This document shows positions 38,314 to 52,000 of a DNA stretch of 64,000 nt, in pieces (the stretch's first letter is position 1; every line of letters begins with the position of its first letter). The DNA comes from Basidiobolus meristosporus CBS 931.73 (Eukaryota; Fungi; Basidiobolomycota), in the NCBI GenBank assembly GCA_002104905.1, contig MCFE01000168.1, forward strand, positions 1 to 64,000, read 5' to 3'. The notes under the pieces were generated by a model. That model did not search any database. It had not been told where the DNA came from and worked only from the letters and a program-made list of their open reading frames with translations. The translations under genes and the position numbers were made by a program.

Positions 38314-39045
38314 CCAATAGGATGTCTATGGGAATCTAGAAAAGCCATCACAAGACTACTCTTGTCAATGGGCAATTCCCGATGTCCAACCAAAAGCCTC
38401 AGCCGATAATTGGATCCAGCTGCATGGAATTGCGGCCAATGGCAGGGCGTGGTCATTGACGTAGCTATTATTGGTACTGAGGATAGAATCCATTGGCTTG
38501 CCGGCCCAGGTGATTGGCCATCGCAATATCACACTACCCACTCCCTACGGTGTAGCAACCGAATGTATATTAATAAAGAATAAGAGGAATCGACTTTCAC
38601 GTGCTAGTCATCAGCCATGATCACTTTCACATGTTTCGTCTGAATACGAAAATGTGTAAGCGTGAGTTTGAACTTTATGGCGAAGTAGTCACCCACGACG
38701 GCCATTGGCCCAAAATGGTGCGTATGAAGGGTATCAGAGCAATTCAGAAGCATTGGAAAACAAACAAGTGCTCGCCGTGCGTTGCACCGATATTATTGGT
38801 ATCCATCTTTTTTCCAACATCATATGAAAATTTTGACTCCATACATATGTAATCGATTGAAACGGATGCCCACCAATATGGAAATATCGATATTTCAACT
38901 CTGATTTTCATATGCTTTTCATTGCGATCGCCTGCCCAACCCCTTAGCCTCGATTTTCTATATTATGGCCAATGCTGCCGTGCAATTCAGAATTCATTCG
39001 CTTTGTTTTTCACTCACCTCGCCTTGTAGACACCTCACATCCAAT
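38314..39045. promoter_or_regulatory. Dense CCAAT/ATTGG cluster plus E-box TCACGTG upstream of the bHLH gene
   Basis: 12 CCAAT/ATTGG pentamers counted by eye in ~730 bp; TCACGTG at 38597-38603. Confidence 0.5.
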
Positions 39046-39790
39046 AATGGGTAAACAACGTATTCTCCGACCCAACTCTCAGAGCATGTCTCCATTGAGC
39101 CATGCCGAGTGTTCCCCTTCTCCGCCACTTTCTCCCTCGGCCAAAAAGTCGCATTCGGCGTCGCCAACAATCGCTCCAACCCAGCCCAACGCGGCATCTG
39201 GTGGTCGCTACGAGCGCATCCTTCCAAAGTACCATCAAGTTCCCATTGTCCCACAATACGCGATTCCTATGGTGCCTGCGCATCCCGCCTTCCCTTACCC
39301 ATACCCATTCCCGGCTCCAGCGAGCGGTGTGTATTCTCGTGTGTCTGAGGAGCGTCAGGAGAAAGAAATGCTCCGCAAAGTGTCTCACTCTGCCATTGAA
39401 CGCCGCCGTCGTGAGCGCATCAACGACAAGATCTTCCAATTGAAAACGCTGATTCCCAGCTGTGCCAACCAAGTCAACCTTCACAAACTATCTATCTTGG
39501 AGTCTGCCATCGATTATATCCAGGAGCTTCAGAGCCGTCTATCCGAGGCTGGCGATGGCTCTCCAGAAGCACGCGAAAGCATCAAGAGGGAGTCCCCTGG
39601 CTTCAGTACGCCTACTGAATCCAAGGCCAGCGACACTGTGCCCACACCTGTGTACGAAGATGCAAATAACCTGCTCATGTTGGCCGGTAATTCGCCTCAA
39701 TCTAGCTCCGATCAATATTGTTATCAAGAATCAACTGATTTGGACACCATGCGCAAGACCGGGATGAGTGTATACGACCTTTTGTGCTAG
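38972..39790 (+). CDS. bHLH transcription factor, intronless (true start may be 39047)
   Basis: RKVSHSAIERRRRERINDKIFQLKTLIP...LHKLSILESAIDYIQEL; Pro-rich N-terminal region. Confidence 0.92.
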   Translation: MLPCNSEFIRFVFHSPRLVDTSHPIMGKQRILRPNSQSMSPLSHAECSPSPPLSPSAKKSHSASPTIAPTQPNAASGGRYERILPKYHQVPIVPQYAIPMVPAHPAFPYPYPFPAPASGVYSRVSEERQEKEMLRKVSHSAIERRRRERINDKIFQLKTLIPSCANQVNLHKLSILESAIDYIQELQSRLSEAGDGSPEARESIKRESPGFSTPTESKASDTVPTPVYEDANNLLMLAGNSPQSSSDQYCYQESTDLDTMRKTGMSVYDLLC

Positions 39791-40796
39791 TCTGCCTCGC
39801 TCAGTCTCGCATCCATCTTTGTTTCTGTGTAGCATACTCCTGGCAGTTGCTTTCTCCTGTATTCAACCCATCATAGACTGATCGTGCGTGTTAAACTGGA
39901 CAGCAATATTCATCTAAGCGCATGCAGTATCTGACCAATATCGATATTTCATACCACATGTACTGCTTGCCACGATCACCCCTCCGTCATCCACTAGCAC
40001 TTATCCAATGTAATATTTCAACTGTATATAGGCGGTCAACAATGTGTAAAATACACGTATATGGAATTTTTGCGCATTTCGAATAATAAATCACCAGATT
40101 ATCAGTCATCGCAGATGAGAGTCATGTAACCGGTGGAATTGGTTTCTCTTTGATGTACGTGTACATATTGTCATCTGGATGGTCAGCCCGTCACTACGTG
40201 GGAGAATTGAATTGGTTTCATGAGAATGTCTCGCACGAACGGATGGTGGAGTACAATGGTTGCCATGTTCCATACAGCATATCCACTGTGTAGGCGGCCT
40301 CTATACAGGGTCCAAAACCCTTAGCTGGTGTCACATGGAGATTTCCGGGAAGAAATTCACTTGGGGTTGAGCATCGTCGTTGGTATACCCCAATTGAATG
40401 GGAAAATCATGAGAGGTATGTGCTAATCGGTTACAAATAAAGCTAGAGATGAAATTAGGACCCTGGGTGCATGGAGTGCGAACATCGTCATGAGTTGATG
40501 GGACTGGTGTTACACAGAGCAACCGCAATTTGGACGGTCGTTGACGTATCGTGGTCTCATACTAAATTATTAATCAAGTCGAGGTAGCCGCCAGTATGGT
40601 GTTACTAGACTAATCGTTTATCCGGGCAGGCACCCCTTCATCGGATATTCTGGTAGAGATCTAGTTTATCAGGTTTACTAATCAGGTCATTAAACAAAAA
40701 GTTTAGCGCAGTTAGAATTTTTCCCGGGTGAAAATTTATTCCTCCTGTTGTACATCGGATCGATTTCCCTCTCACCATTCACACAGTTGCTCTAAC

Positions 40797-41095
40797 ATGC
40801 GTGTGCCAGCCAAATCTACCGCTCCAGTTGTGAACGTGGCGAAGGAGCATATTTGCTCCTTGTATAGAGGGCTACTACGCAACACCCGTGGTTTACGTTA
40901 CTCTGATAAGGATTTCGTCGTTGGAAGAATTCGGGAGGAGTTCAAGAACAATATGGAGGTGAACAAAACACGACAGGAGAAATTGGTCTTGGTATGGGGT
41001 TTGGATATTCCCTATTTTGACGAATATCAACTAACGTATATCGAGTTTAGAAGGCCGAGAAGGTGTTGGAAAACAATTTCGGTGGTCTCTTGTGA
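40797..41095 (+). CDS. LYR-motif microprotein resembling the human MIEF1 upstream-ORF product (L0R8F8/AltMiD51), 2 exons
   Basis: Intron 40992-41050. Spliced protein ...CSLYRGLLRNTRGLRYSDKDFVVGRIREEFKNN...KLVL|KAEKVLENNFGGLL*. Confidence 0.8.
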
Positions 41096-41456
41096 GGTTG
41101 CCACCAGTTCCGTGGAAACAGCATCGTCGACATTATTCTTCCAATGCCACAACCATTCGCTACAACTCACTCCATACTGTACAAAAATCGCAATTTTTCG
41201 TTTCAGTACGCCTGTCGCGCTTACACTTGGCCACTTTGTATTGAAACATGGCTTAGGTTCACTATATTTATTACTTAAAGCATGTCTCCGGGTAGAAAGT
41301 ATGCAAATAAACCACACAAGCATAAACCTAATTCGAATATCCAACCATTCCGAGACGTCCGAGTCTCAGCCAAGAAGCGTGAAAAGTAAATTTATACTAA
41401 AAAGGATCTAGAGGTACAGAAGTAAGTGGTAGAGTCGATTGATATATATTCAACGG

Positions 41457-43304
41457 TTAGATGCTCTCGTTCTCCTTACGAGATTGACAGTATTGGTATA
41501 CTAAGGCAATAAATATCATGATTGCTGCATATCTAATATAATCCGTCATTGGGTTGTGCTTCATAACTGCAGCCTTGAGCTGGGAATTGGTTTCACAGTA
41601 CTGCAACACCTAAATCCCACCTTCAGTTAGCACACGTCCGAACTATGGCGTCTTCTGACCTTACCTTTCCGTATGTTTGACTAATCTTGATGTAGTTTGG
41701 ATCCTTGGCGTTGTTCTTCAGGACGAATTTGTACATGAATTCCTGGAAAATACTGCGAACATTCTCCATACTGTTGGCCTCGTAAATAAGCTGAGCGTAG
41801 GAAGGGGTATGTTAGTCGAGGATTCAATATCGGCGAGGAATCTCTGATTGAGGCTTACTCTAATGGCGAGCCCCTTTCTAATCTTAACATTCCGGGAGAA
41901 CACGTTGTAATTGTTGAAAACCTCAGCAATGGTAGCGACCGCCATCACCTGTTAGACAAAAGTGAGTTTATGCTCAGTAGTGCCAGGTGATCGACTTACC
42001 TGTGGAATGGCGCAGAAGTTAAATATAGTTTGGTTGCGGATCCGGGACATGTAGTCTAGTGAGTCGGTTACATGTGAAAGAGCATCTAAACACATATGGT
42101 TCAGACAAGCAAGTGCCTGCGAGGGTTTGGATTTGATTAGCGCACTATCATCAAGGGGATGGGGAGGCAAAGTGCTTACCTTGTCCTTGTTTTCAGGCTT
42201 AGGAAGATCGCCGAGATCTTGGACATACTGGCCGTAAATATCTTTGGGCCAGAATGTTCTGCCATCCAGTAGATCCTCGTAGAAGTCGCGAATTATATTG
42301 GTTTTTTGTAGAAAGAGTCCCATCGAGTTTGATCTAGAATCCATGTGAATTAACACGTGCTGTCAAGAAGAGGTGATTATCGTAAACCTACAATTCGTCC
42401 ATATCCCCGAAGCTGGAATCTACGCAAGAGTTGCTATTAGAGATCAGGTAAACAATGTTATGTTTTAGTGACGGTACCTTCCAAACCAGAGGCTGCAAAC
42501 AGCTTGCTTAGCCCAATGCCAACCAAGCCAGCAACATAGTGGCAATAAAGATTATAATCATCCGTGGAGGAGACACGTTTGTCGCAGAAGTCAGCCATGC
42601 CATTGCCCATTCTCTGGGTAATATCCTTGATGACATCTTGGTATCTTCATTGAAGACGTTGGTTGATCAATGGTATTTAGTGAATGATTATATGGCTACG
42701 TACTCCTCCTTCAAGGTCAAAAATTCTTCAATAACAGTATCGAACTGAACCAAAAGCAAGCGGTCCTTTTCTTCTGAGTCATCTTTGGAAGCACAAAGGT
42801 TATACACTGGTGAATGTGAGCGTTTTGTCAAAGAAGAGCCTACTCTCAGTGAAGTTCCAACCACGCAGGTAAATAATCTCGTGGAACGAACGAAGTAAAG
42901 GGAGCTTCTTGGAGTTTGGAATTGACATATCATCCTCTATAAGTATGCAAGAGTGGGCGCATGTAAGTAAATGGTGCCTCACTGTGTTAATTTGTATGAA
43001 TAAGTACCAATTGTATCAAGACCGCGAAGAACCAGATAGAAGATACACACCTAAGATACACACAAGAGTTAGCCAATGGGTTACTCAACAGGAACAACCA
43101 GATAAATATCCTTACAGCATCTCGAAGTTCGTCATCTAATTCCTTGATAACGCTAGCGAACGACCTGGATGTCTGTTCCAAAAAATCATAACATGTGAAT
43201 AATGTAGGGCGAGCATATTCTTGAGGTTTGGGAGTTGCGTGGGAGAAGAACTTGACGATAGAAACCAACTCGCTGGGATGAAAAACAGACTCTAGTAAAC
43301 CCAT
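41457..43304 (-). CDS. ERG9: Squalene synthase (multi-exon, includes a 28-nt micro-exon at 42392-42419)
   Basis: [66 protein letters not shown]|VMAVATI, VKIRKG; C-terminal TM anchor. Confidence 0.96.
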
Positions 43305-44753
43305 TATAAACAGTGAGGTTGAGAAGCGAGGTTTCGAAAGAGAAGTAAAGAGCACGAATATATTACGACTAATATTCTATGATTCAATGGTTTAGGCTGA
43401 AATATCATACCCTATCACCTATTTGAATCCATTTTTGTAACAACGATTAGCCAAAGTGCTCGAATCAAGCTAATTGAAAATCCATTTATTCTTGATTCAA
43501 CTGTCCTTATGCACTTACATTTGTGAACCCTAAGAAGTGGAACTCTATGCGGTTTTCCAATGGTATGGTTAAATGCGTACTAGCACACCGCAAAGTCAAA
43601 CATGGTGCTATATTTGGTGTGCTGTTAAATGCTGCTCAGACGGACAGTCGGCCAATCCGGCCTCTCTAGGCGAACGACTGACAATTCAACATTAAGACAT
43701 TATATTTAATGTACAGATAAATACTGGTAACCAATGAATTTATGGAGCTGGATGATCACATAAACAGACATTAATTGAAGGCATCTTCATGCTACTTGGA
43801 CGAAGCCCATAGCATAAAGTTGGAAATCAAGTCCTCAAGCACAGGTCTGTGTAACGTAAAGGTGGGTAAACTATGGAAACCACATATCCCATGAATGGAC
43901 ACGGGTGATGTACACTATATGCTACCCAGAAATTATTCGCCTGGTATTCATATGGGCGTTAAGCGTTTCTCATCGGCAAGAGACCCAGTCACAACGTGTT
44001 TGTAGAGCACATTGTGGGCCACGAAAGATCTCCTGGAAGTGGTGGCTTAGGATCAATTACCGAACGCGAATTCTCAGACTCATTTCATGCCGCGGCGTGT
44101 AACAGCATTCAAAGTACTGCATGCTGTAGGTAGCCATTTCGATGTAATATATCAGCATTTTCGCTCTATATTCTAGAACCCCCTGAGAGATGGCAGTTGC
44201 CCTTTTTGGTAAATAGGTCCACAGGACTATATCCACTGCCGGCTGACCTTCAGTCGTCTGTTTATGTCAGCTCCATTCCCACACCCATAGCTACTAGTCT
44301 CTTACCCTTATCCATATGTACTTTGATACGGTAGTGAGTCATCCTTCGTCTTTACAACGTGCCAAGTGGTAACGACGTTTTGTATTCAGAAGGTGTCAGC
44401 TTTATCACATACATAGAAGTACTTGCAAGACCCTTGATGATTGGATCGGATCAACTTCATCCAAAAATCATTACCAATCCCGGAAAGCGTTCCATCGTTG
44501 TCAATACTACAATCGAACACAATAGCCACTTTATTCTTATTATATACACAGATTTTGGGGTTGCGCGCTGTTTGGTAAGCTGGTTGTAAGGTTGAAATCC
44601 CAACACCTGGTTGAGGTACATCGCTCGAACCTATATTTATCGCTTTTTTTCAACCTAAAATCCATGGATTGCGGCCACGAGGAGATGAGATACATATAAA
44701 TAGTGTGGATCACCTTCTTGACGTGCTACTATTTCCCATATATCCCCCTCCCA

Positions 44754-45852
44754 ATGCACACCAACAACCTATTAGATATTCAACTAGAGACCGATACATT
44801 AATATTCAATGGGTCCCCTTCTGACTCGGCAGGAGCATTGCTGAAGGGCAAAGTTATCTTGCGATTAAAGGAAGCCACGAAGCTGCGATCGCTAACACTA
44901 AATCTCAAGGGAAGGGCCAAAACTACATGGACTGAATGTAAGTTTCTTTATGATCTGTTCGTTGCCGTATCAAAAGCTTACATAATTCCCAGCATACGGA
45001 ACAAAAGCATTTGCCAACTACGCCAAGAGAAAGCTGGTCGATCACAGCTGGATCCTACTTGAACCCAAAAAAGAAGGATACCAGTTTATGGCCGGAGAGT
45101 ATACGTACATGTTTGAGTATGTTTTCTCCGGTTCCTTACCAGAGACCATCCATATTGACAGCGGAAAAGTCGAATACAAACTTCAAGCTTCTGCTGAAAG
45201 GAGCTTTCTTCAAAGAAATTTGTCCACTGAAAAAGAGATTATCATCAAGCGGTACACTAATTGCCAGAGCAATGAATCAACCGATCTTGTCGGCATCTGG
45301 GAAGGCAAGGTTCGCTACGAAGTCCACGTGCCAGTGAAGTGCTTTGGCCTCGGGGAGTCTGTCCCGATCAGCATCAATGTAGCCTCTTTGGTAGAGCAGG
45401 CCCACATCAAGAGGGTTGTTTGTTTTCTGAAAGAGTCTATTACCAATCGCATACCGGAAATCAACAAGTTCAACGTCGATCACAATTGGTTACGTCTTTG
45501 TTCAGAAAAGCTCACCCCAACCAGTCACCTTGAGACTACACTCCAGCTGCAGATCCCAAATAATTCCAAGTCTGTGCACATCGACTATCGCTCGGAGCTG
45601 ATTCGAATTCGACACATCCTCCAGGTCAAGATTGAGGTGGAGAAGGCGAATCTTGTCGATTATGTGATTCTTGATTTGCCGATATATATTCTTCCCGCGG
45701 CTCATGATGACTTCTTTCAGGATTTGCCTTCATATTCTCCTCAATACCTCGAGCACTTCGCTCTTGATGAATATGAAAATAGCCCTCCACCATACCCAGC
45801 TCAAGATACCTTCACAAATTCTGTTAGATACAACGTTCAGTGCTCTCGTTAA
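44754..45852 (+). CDS. Alpha-arrestin (ART-type Rsp5 adaptor), one intron
   Basis: LIFNGSPSDSAGALLKGKVILRL, AGEYTYMFEYVFSGSLPETI, GKVEYKLQA, IRIRHILQVKI; C-terminal PY motifs LPSY and PPPY. Confidence 0.88.
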
Positions 45853-46016
45853 GCATCACATATTCACTAATCTAAAGATAAGTTCTAATATGGGCTATCT
45901 ACTAGTAATGTATAGATACCTCGCTTTGTACCATATAACTTTAATACTTTACACATAATAAACCGTCAACTGTAAACGTAGCAGAATTTATTTCTATCAG
46001 TTTGAAAACACTAGGT

Positions 46017-49000
46017 CTAGTAGCCAGAGTCGTTATCATCGGTTTCGTCACTGTTTGCATACGCCGATTTGGCAGGAGCATATTTGTCGAGTGTCAAGAG
46101 TTTGTCGTCGATGTCGTCAGAAAGATCGTTAACATCCGAGTCATATGAATATTTCTTGGAGCTGTTAATTACTCGTTTGAAGTCGTCATTTCCGGGATAC
46201 CAGTAGTCATCATGGTAGTCGTATCCATCATGTAAATCATTATAGGATCTACTGTTACCGTAAGTGTTGCCATACCAATTGCTATCATGACCGGAATATG
46301 AGTTGCCATTGAAGTAGTCACCAGAGTCCTGCCCGTTCCAGGACTTTCGCCTTTGCAATGTGCGAGTGTTCTTGCCACGGTAGCCAGAATACATCTCGTA
46401 TCCATCCATATTTGATCCTACCAATATCTCTTTCTGGTTGAACACACCTTTAAGGTCTAGAATGGCCTTATCACATTGTATTATTGACTCTCTAATGGAT
46501 GCAAGCTCTTTTGCGAATCTTCGCGAGTCAGTAGCACCTAGTAGCTCCAGTCGTCTAACGGATTCGTTCAGGCTAGGAATCACGTTCAATAGGAACGCCA
46601 CCTTTGTACGTTGCTCTTCATTTAGCGAGAGTAGTTTGGCTGTACCCTCTGCTTGGATTTCGGCAAGTCGGACCATGATCTGGTCAAGGTGTACCACGCG
46701 CTGTCTCAAGTCCTTGAAATCATTGGAGTGATTGGGGAAGATCAGATCAGGTCTGGTGACGATCTTTTCCAAGACTTTAGTGATTTGATTTAGCCTGGAC
46801 TTGATTTCCCTGTTCTCCCTGGACTGCTGGCGTGAAGCCAGTTCAAATCGGTTGATGAGTGAATTGGCGTCGGTTCCGGCAATTCGCTGCAGTGCAAATC
46901 CAATTTGATCCAGACGATCATCCATGTGCTTGAAGCCTTGATCATTTTGCTTAGAAAGTTCGGTAAATCCTCTTTCGATTAACGAAGTCTGCTCAGTGCT
47001 TAAGCGTCTCGTCAGTTGAGCCAGGTCATTGATGAACCCAGAGACACGCGAGATTGCACCAACAATCTTTTCGTTACTAAGTGTTTGGCGTTTTATATGG
47101 GTCAGGATGATGTCTTGCTCCTGAACGAGATGTGTCATTAAGCTACCCAGTTGGTTGATGCGTTGTTCAAAGTGGGTGATGATTTCTTGGTCATACTGCT
47201 TCGTCTCCACTCGCAACTGGTTGATCTCTCTGTGGAGCAAGGTTTGGTGTTGGCTGATGATATTGGTGACTGCTTCCTTCAGTTGTCCCAAGCGACCATT
47301 CATCTCAGAGAATTCGGCGTGATCGTGTTGCTTAGTGTAGACAAGCAGTTGCTGTTGCTGGGACACGAGCTTTGCAATAACTCCGTTTAAGTTTTCAAGC
47401 GCACCACCCATTTTGTTGATGGCCATGGACTGCTTTTCGACTATACCTGCCAGGCGCATTACGGCATGTTGTTGGTTGATAAGCTGTTTTAGCGCATTCC
47501 CGAACAAGTTCAGCTTTTGATCCAGCTTGGCGAATTGTTCGCGCTGCTCATTTCGACTCAACGTGAACAACTTTCTCTGTTCGTTTAGCAAAAATTCAAC
47601 CACCTCTTCAATTCTCAAAACCTTCGAGCCCAACGCTGCGATCTCTTGACTGTGCTTATTGGAGTTCTGGGTTTCCACTGTCAAGAGTTGGTTTTGTTGG
47701 CGTGTGAGCTGACTCACTAATCTTGCAATTTCCGAGAGTTTGACATTCATATCTTTGGAGAGGACATGTTGCTGTTGATTCAAGGAGCCTAGGCCTTCAC
47801 TTGTGGACTTGAATAGTAACGCATGCTGCTCGATCAATCTGTTGGTTGCGTCGCTAAGATGTGCCAATCTGGCCTTAACCTGGTTCATATCTTGAGGTAA
47901 TCCCAGCAATGTAGAAACCTTTGCATCGATGTTTCGAGTTTCCTTAACCAAAAATTGGACCGCATCATCCAAGTGAATCAGGTTGTTATTCAACTTTTCG
48001 ACACCGCTGAATGTTGCTTTTGTGATTTCTGTATTTTCTTTCTCGATGGCAATAAGGCTTCTTTGCTCCTCAAACAGGCGATCCACCACTTGAGCTAGTC
48101 GTGTTAGCTTCTCGGTAAGGAATCGGGTCGAATCAACGATTTTCTCATCTAGACGGTTTCCTTGTTTTACCAACAGCTCGCTAAATGCTTGCTGTTTTTG
48201 TACAACAAACTGGATACCTTTCTCCAAATCGACCAGGCGGGACAATACTGCATCGATTTGCGCACGAGAGTAGCCGGATTTTTCAAGTTTCTGTAGAATA
48301 GCACCCAAGAGGGAGCGTTGCTGGCTTATCAGAGAGTCAACACTCTTACGAAGATGCTCAACTCTAGTGTCAACGCCGTGAATAGCACCAGATTGCTGAC
48401 GTAAAATTGCAAGTAGCTCCTCACGATTTAGGAGGTTGTCTTGTTTTTGGGCAATATATTTTGCGATGTCATAGAGGTCTGCAGAGCGTTGAGAGATCAG
48501 GTTCAGTCTTTCCAAAATCTGCTTACTGGGGAACTCTTGATGCCCATGGCCCAGAATCTCCTTTTGAATTTCAAATAGTCTTCCGATTCCAGAGTTCATG
48601 ATATCGAATTGTCTATTCAACGACATAATCTGCCCCAGTAACGCTTTCGGAGCCTTTGTCACTACAGTTTCTGACAGTAAAGTGGTCTGCTTCGAAATAA
48701 GTTGACGGACATTACGACTAAACACGTTGAAACCATCGATAATTTGCTTGCTGATGTCGGTGCCAACGCCATACACTTTTTCCACCATTTGTGTAATAGC
48801 GTCCTGTTGGCGGAGCAATACATCAAGTCTTTCATTCACGCCAGACAAATTATGCTTGATGGGTCCCAAATCCCTTAGTCTCTCGGCGATTACTTTCAGA
48901 ACTTGCTCGTCGCGCAGAATATTCTTTTGCTGCTCGAAAATGGCGCGCACCAATCCATGTAAAGCCTGCAGCTGCTGGTTTAGGCCATTGACACTCTTCC

Positions 49001-52000
49001 CAAAGTTGACATTTAGCTGCCCTTGGCTTTGGAGAATCATATTTTGCTCTTTTTGTATACGCTTCATATCATCTCCTAAACCAGAAACGCGACCGCCAAC
49101 CGCTCGGATTGCTTCATAGAGGTTTCTGGCCACGGCATTCAATAGTTCCGGTCGTACAAGGTCTTTCTGCTGCTCTATCAATACTTGTAGCATCTTGTGG
49201 AGATCGCCCAATGTTCCAAAAATCTTTCTGTCATCAAGATTGTTTTCCCGTACAAATCTCTGGAACTCTTTGGTGGTGACCAAAGTTCGCTGATTTTCCA
49301 AGATATGCCCAACCAGCTCGCCCATCTGTGATAATCGACCATCAACCCTTTGGAATTCGCCGTAGAATTTCTCAAGGATTGGCCCGACCTTCTCGTTATG
49401 TAGGATGGCTTGTTGAAGCTCCAAAATATGTCGAACAGATCCGCTTAGTTGATTGAATCTCTCGGATATGATTTGGACATTCTTGGCCAAATCTCCGGTG
49501 ATCTCGTTGTTTTTACTCTGACTATTGAGGAGGACTGCTTGTAGTTTTCTTATTTCTCTAACAGCCTCGGTCAAACCTCGAACTTGTCCGTTCAGAACCT
49601 CGATGTCTTGGACGACGCGTTTGGGGAATTGATTGACCAGTTGAGAATTGGCGAGTAGCTGTTGTTGCTTGAAAAGTTGGTCCACCACACTAGTAAGGTA
49701 CCTGATGTTACCTCCGATTTTTTCTAAGTTTGCGGCTTCGCCTTGATGAATTCCATAGCCTTGTTCCAGCAACTTTTGCTGCTGGTTGATCAACAGGGAG
49801 ATTTCCTTGCGAACTGTGTTGATGTCTAATCCCAGACCTCTTATCTGCTTTGACTGATTACTCAGCAAAGCTACTACCCGATCATCATGGATCAACCTTG
49901 TCTGGACACTTGCGATCTCTTGAAGTGCATTACCAAACTTGCCAATACGTTCGTTAAGAATATTCAACATTTGGCGAACTGATGAGTATTCCTTGTCCTG
50001 TTTCTCAGCAATCGCACGTTGTTGTTGGCTAAGGTCTCCAACATCACCAGTCAATCGAATGATTTTTCCTGAAAGGTCACGAACTATATCAGCCAAGGCA
50101 CGAGGTAGCGAGCCAATTATCTCCGGAAGATTGAGCGACTGTTGCCAATGCAATACACTTGCAACCACGTTTTGGAGCTGCTTAACCCGGTTCAGGATTT
50201 CGCTTAGACCTTTTCTATCGACATCTTCCAAGGTTAGCAATCTCTCAAGTAGTCTAGATTGCTTGGAAAGGAATTCGGTGGTGCGAGCGGCAAAGTTCGC
50301 TAAACGGCCATTGATGTTCTGAATATAACTTAGCTGTTGATCGAGTGCGGCCTTGACTTCTTTGTTTTGGGAAATGATAATATTCTGCTCTTCCCGAATT
50401 TGCCTGACCTCCTTTAGAAGTTCAACAATTCCATGGGATACATCACTGACGCCTTCCCGAATTACGGTGGTTTCCCGTTTTTCAGCTGAAGTCAATTTGA
50501 GCAGTGATTCCTGGCGATTGACCAATACAGAAATGGCTGGCTCGAACTTCTCCAGGCGAGCATTGATTCTATGCACTTGTGAGAGGATTTCTTTGGGAAT
50601 TATTTTGTAAATATCAGAGTTCAACACAATTTGTTGAATATTTACTATTCCTTCAGACAGCTCTTTCAGTTCCGCTAGTCTCTTGATGACATCAGTGTCT
50701 CTAGCTTGAGATCCTTCATTCCCATTCTGAGTCTCACGCAGCAAAGTGTTCTGAATCTCTACAATGCGAACGATGCCATCTCTGAATCGTGCAAGTTGTT
50801 GCTTGATCAATTGAATGTCGCCAGTTTGCACTTTCAAGATCTCCATCACTTCTTCCTTGTGAAGCAGAGCATTCTGTTCCTCCGCAATGCGCTTGACCCA
50901 TTCGGCTACTTGGGCAAATTGACTACGTATTTGGGCCAATTGGCGTTCAACTTGCTTGTAATTTCCTCCTTCGCTTAGAACCTTGAGGATTAGAGATTGT
51001 CCGTCTCGTACATTTCGAATAGTAGTTCCAAGTTGAACCATACGATCGTTTAGATTGGCAATGATCTTGAAAATTTCTTTCCCAACTCTTGAGGCGATTT
51101 CTGGACCTGCAAGGCTCTTCTGTGAATCAACCAAGTGCCTTACAACATCACGCAGCGATCCGAGTTCTTGCGCAATTGCCCGATCACGTTTAGTATCCTC
51201 TGCAGAAACTTCGCCAAGCTGTTTTATGATCAATCCTTGTTCATTGACCATTCTGTTGAATTGATTTCCCAGTTCATTGAGCTGCACCCCAAGGCTGGCA
51301 ATGCGTTGATTCTGTACCTTGAGTAAAGCAGTAATCTCTCTGGTATTCAACACCTTTGTTTGTTCCGCAAAGGTTCGTCGAATAAATTCAAACAGCCCTA
51401 GTAAACGCTTGTTCAATTCTGAAACCTCCTCCTCCAAGTGATGACCTGTTGCATTGCTATCCTGGGATAATTGGAAGAGTGCGTTTTGCTTTGTTGTAAT
51501 CTGGTTGATGATTTCGATCAGCTGGGCATATTTATCATTGAGCATTTCTATCTTGCCAAGAGTAGACTCGGATAATTTGCCAGTTAGTGATGCTGAAACC
51601 AATTTTCTCTGCTGTTCAATTAGCTGAACAATCAAGTTCTGGAGTCCGCTTAGCCCTTGAAGAATACTTCTAGTTTCCTTAGAATCTACCCCGTTTTCTC
51701 CGGTAACTTTTTTCAATAGATCAAATTGAATACGCACAAGGGTCTCTATCTTCTTGTCGAGTCTTCGCACCTGCTCATTCAAAAGGTCCGTTTTCCCCAA
51801 GTTCTGTTTGAGAAGTTCAGTGTTGTGGAGTAGTATTGCTTTTTGCTCAGCATGAAGCTCCTTGACATAAGACCCAAGTTCACCTAGCCTTGCCCCTAGT
51901 TTATCGATACTGTTGATAATTAACCCAGTATCCTCCTTGGATTGAGCAAATAGTTTCTCCTGTAGCTCTTGGACCTGATTAACATCCTTATTCAAGCCGA

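Noticed and set aside
38972-39790. bHLH as an SREBP controlling the nearby ERG9
   Set aside because: The basic region has Arg (ERRRR), not the SREBP-diagnostic Tyr, and there are no TM segments.
43404-43422. SRE-like ATCATACCCT / ATCACCTAT upstream of ERG9
   Set aside because: Too degenerate to tell from chance.
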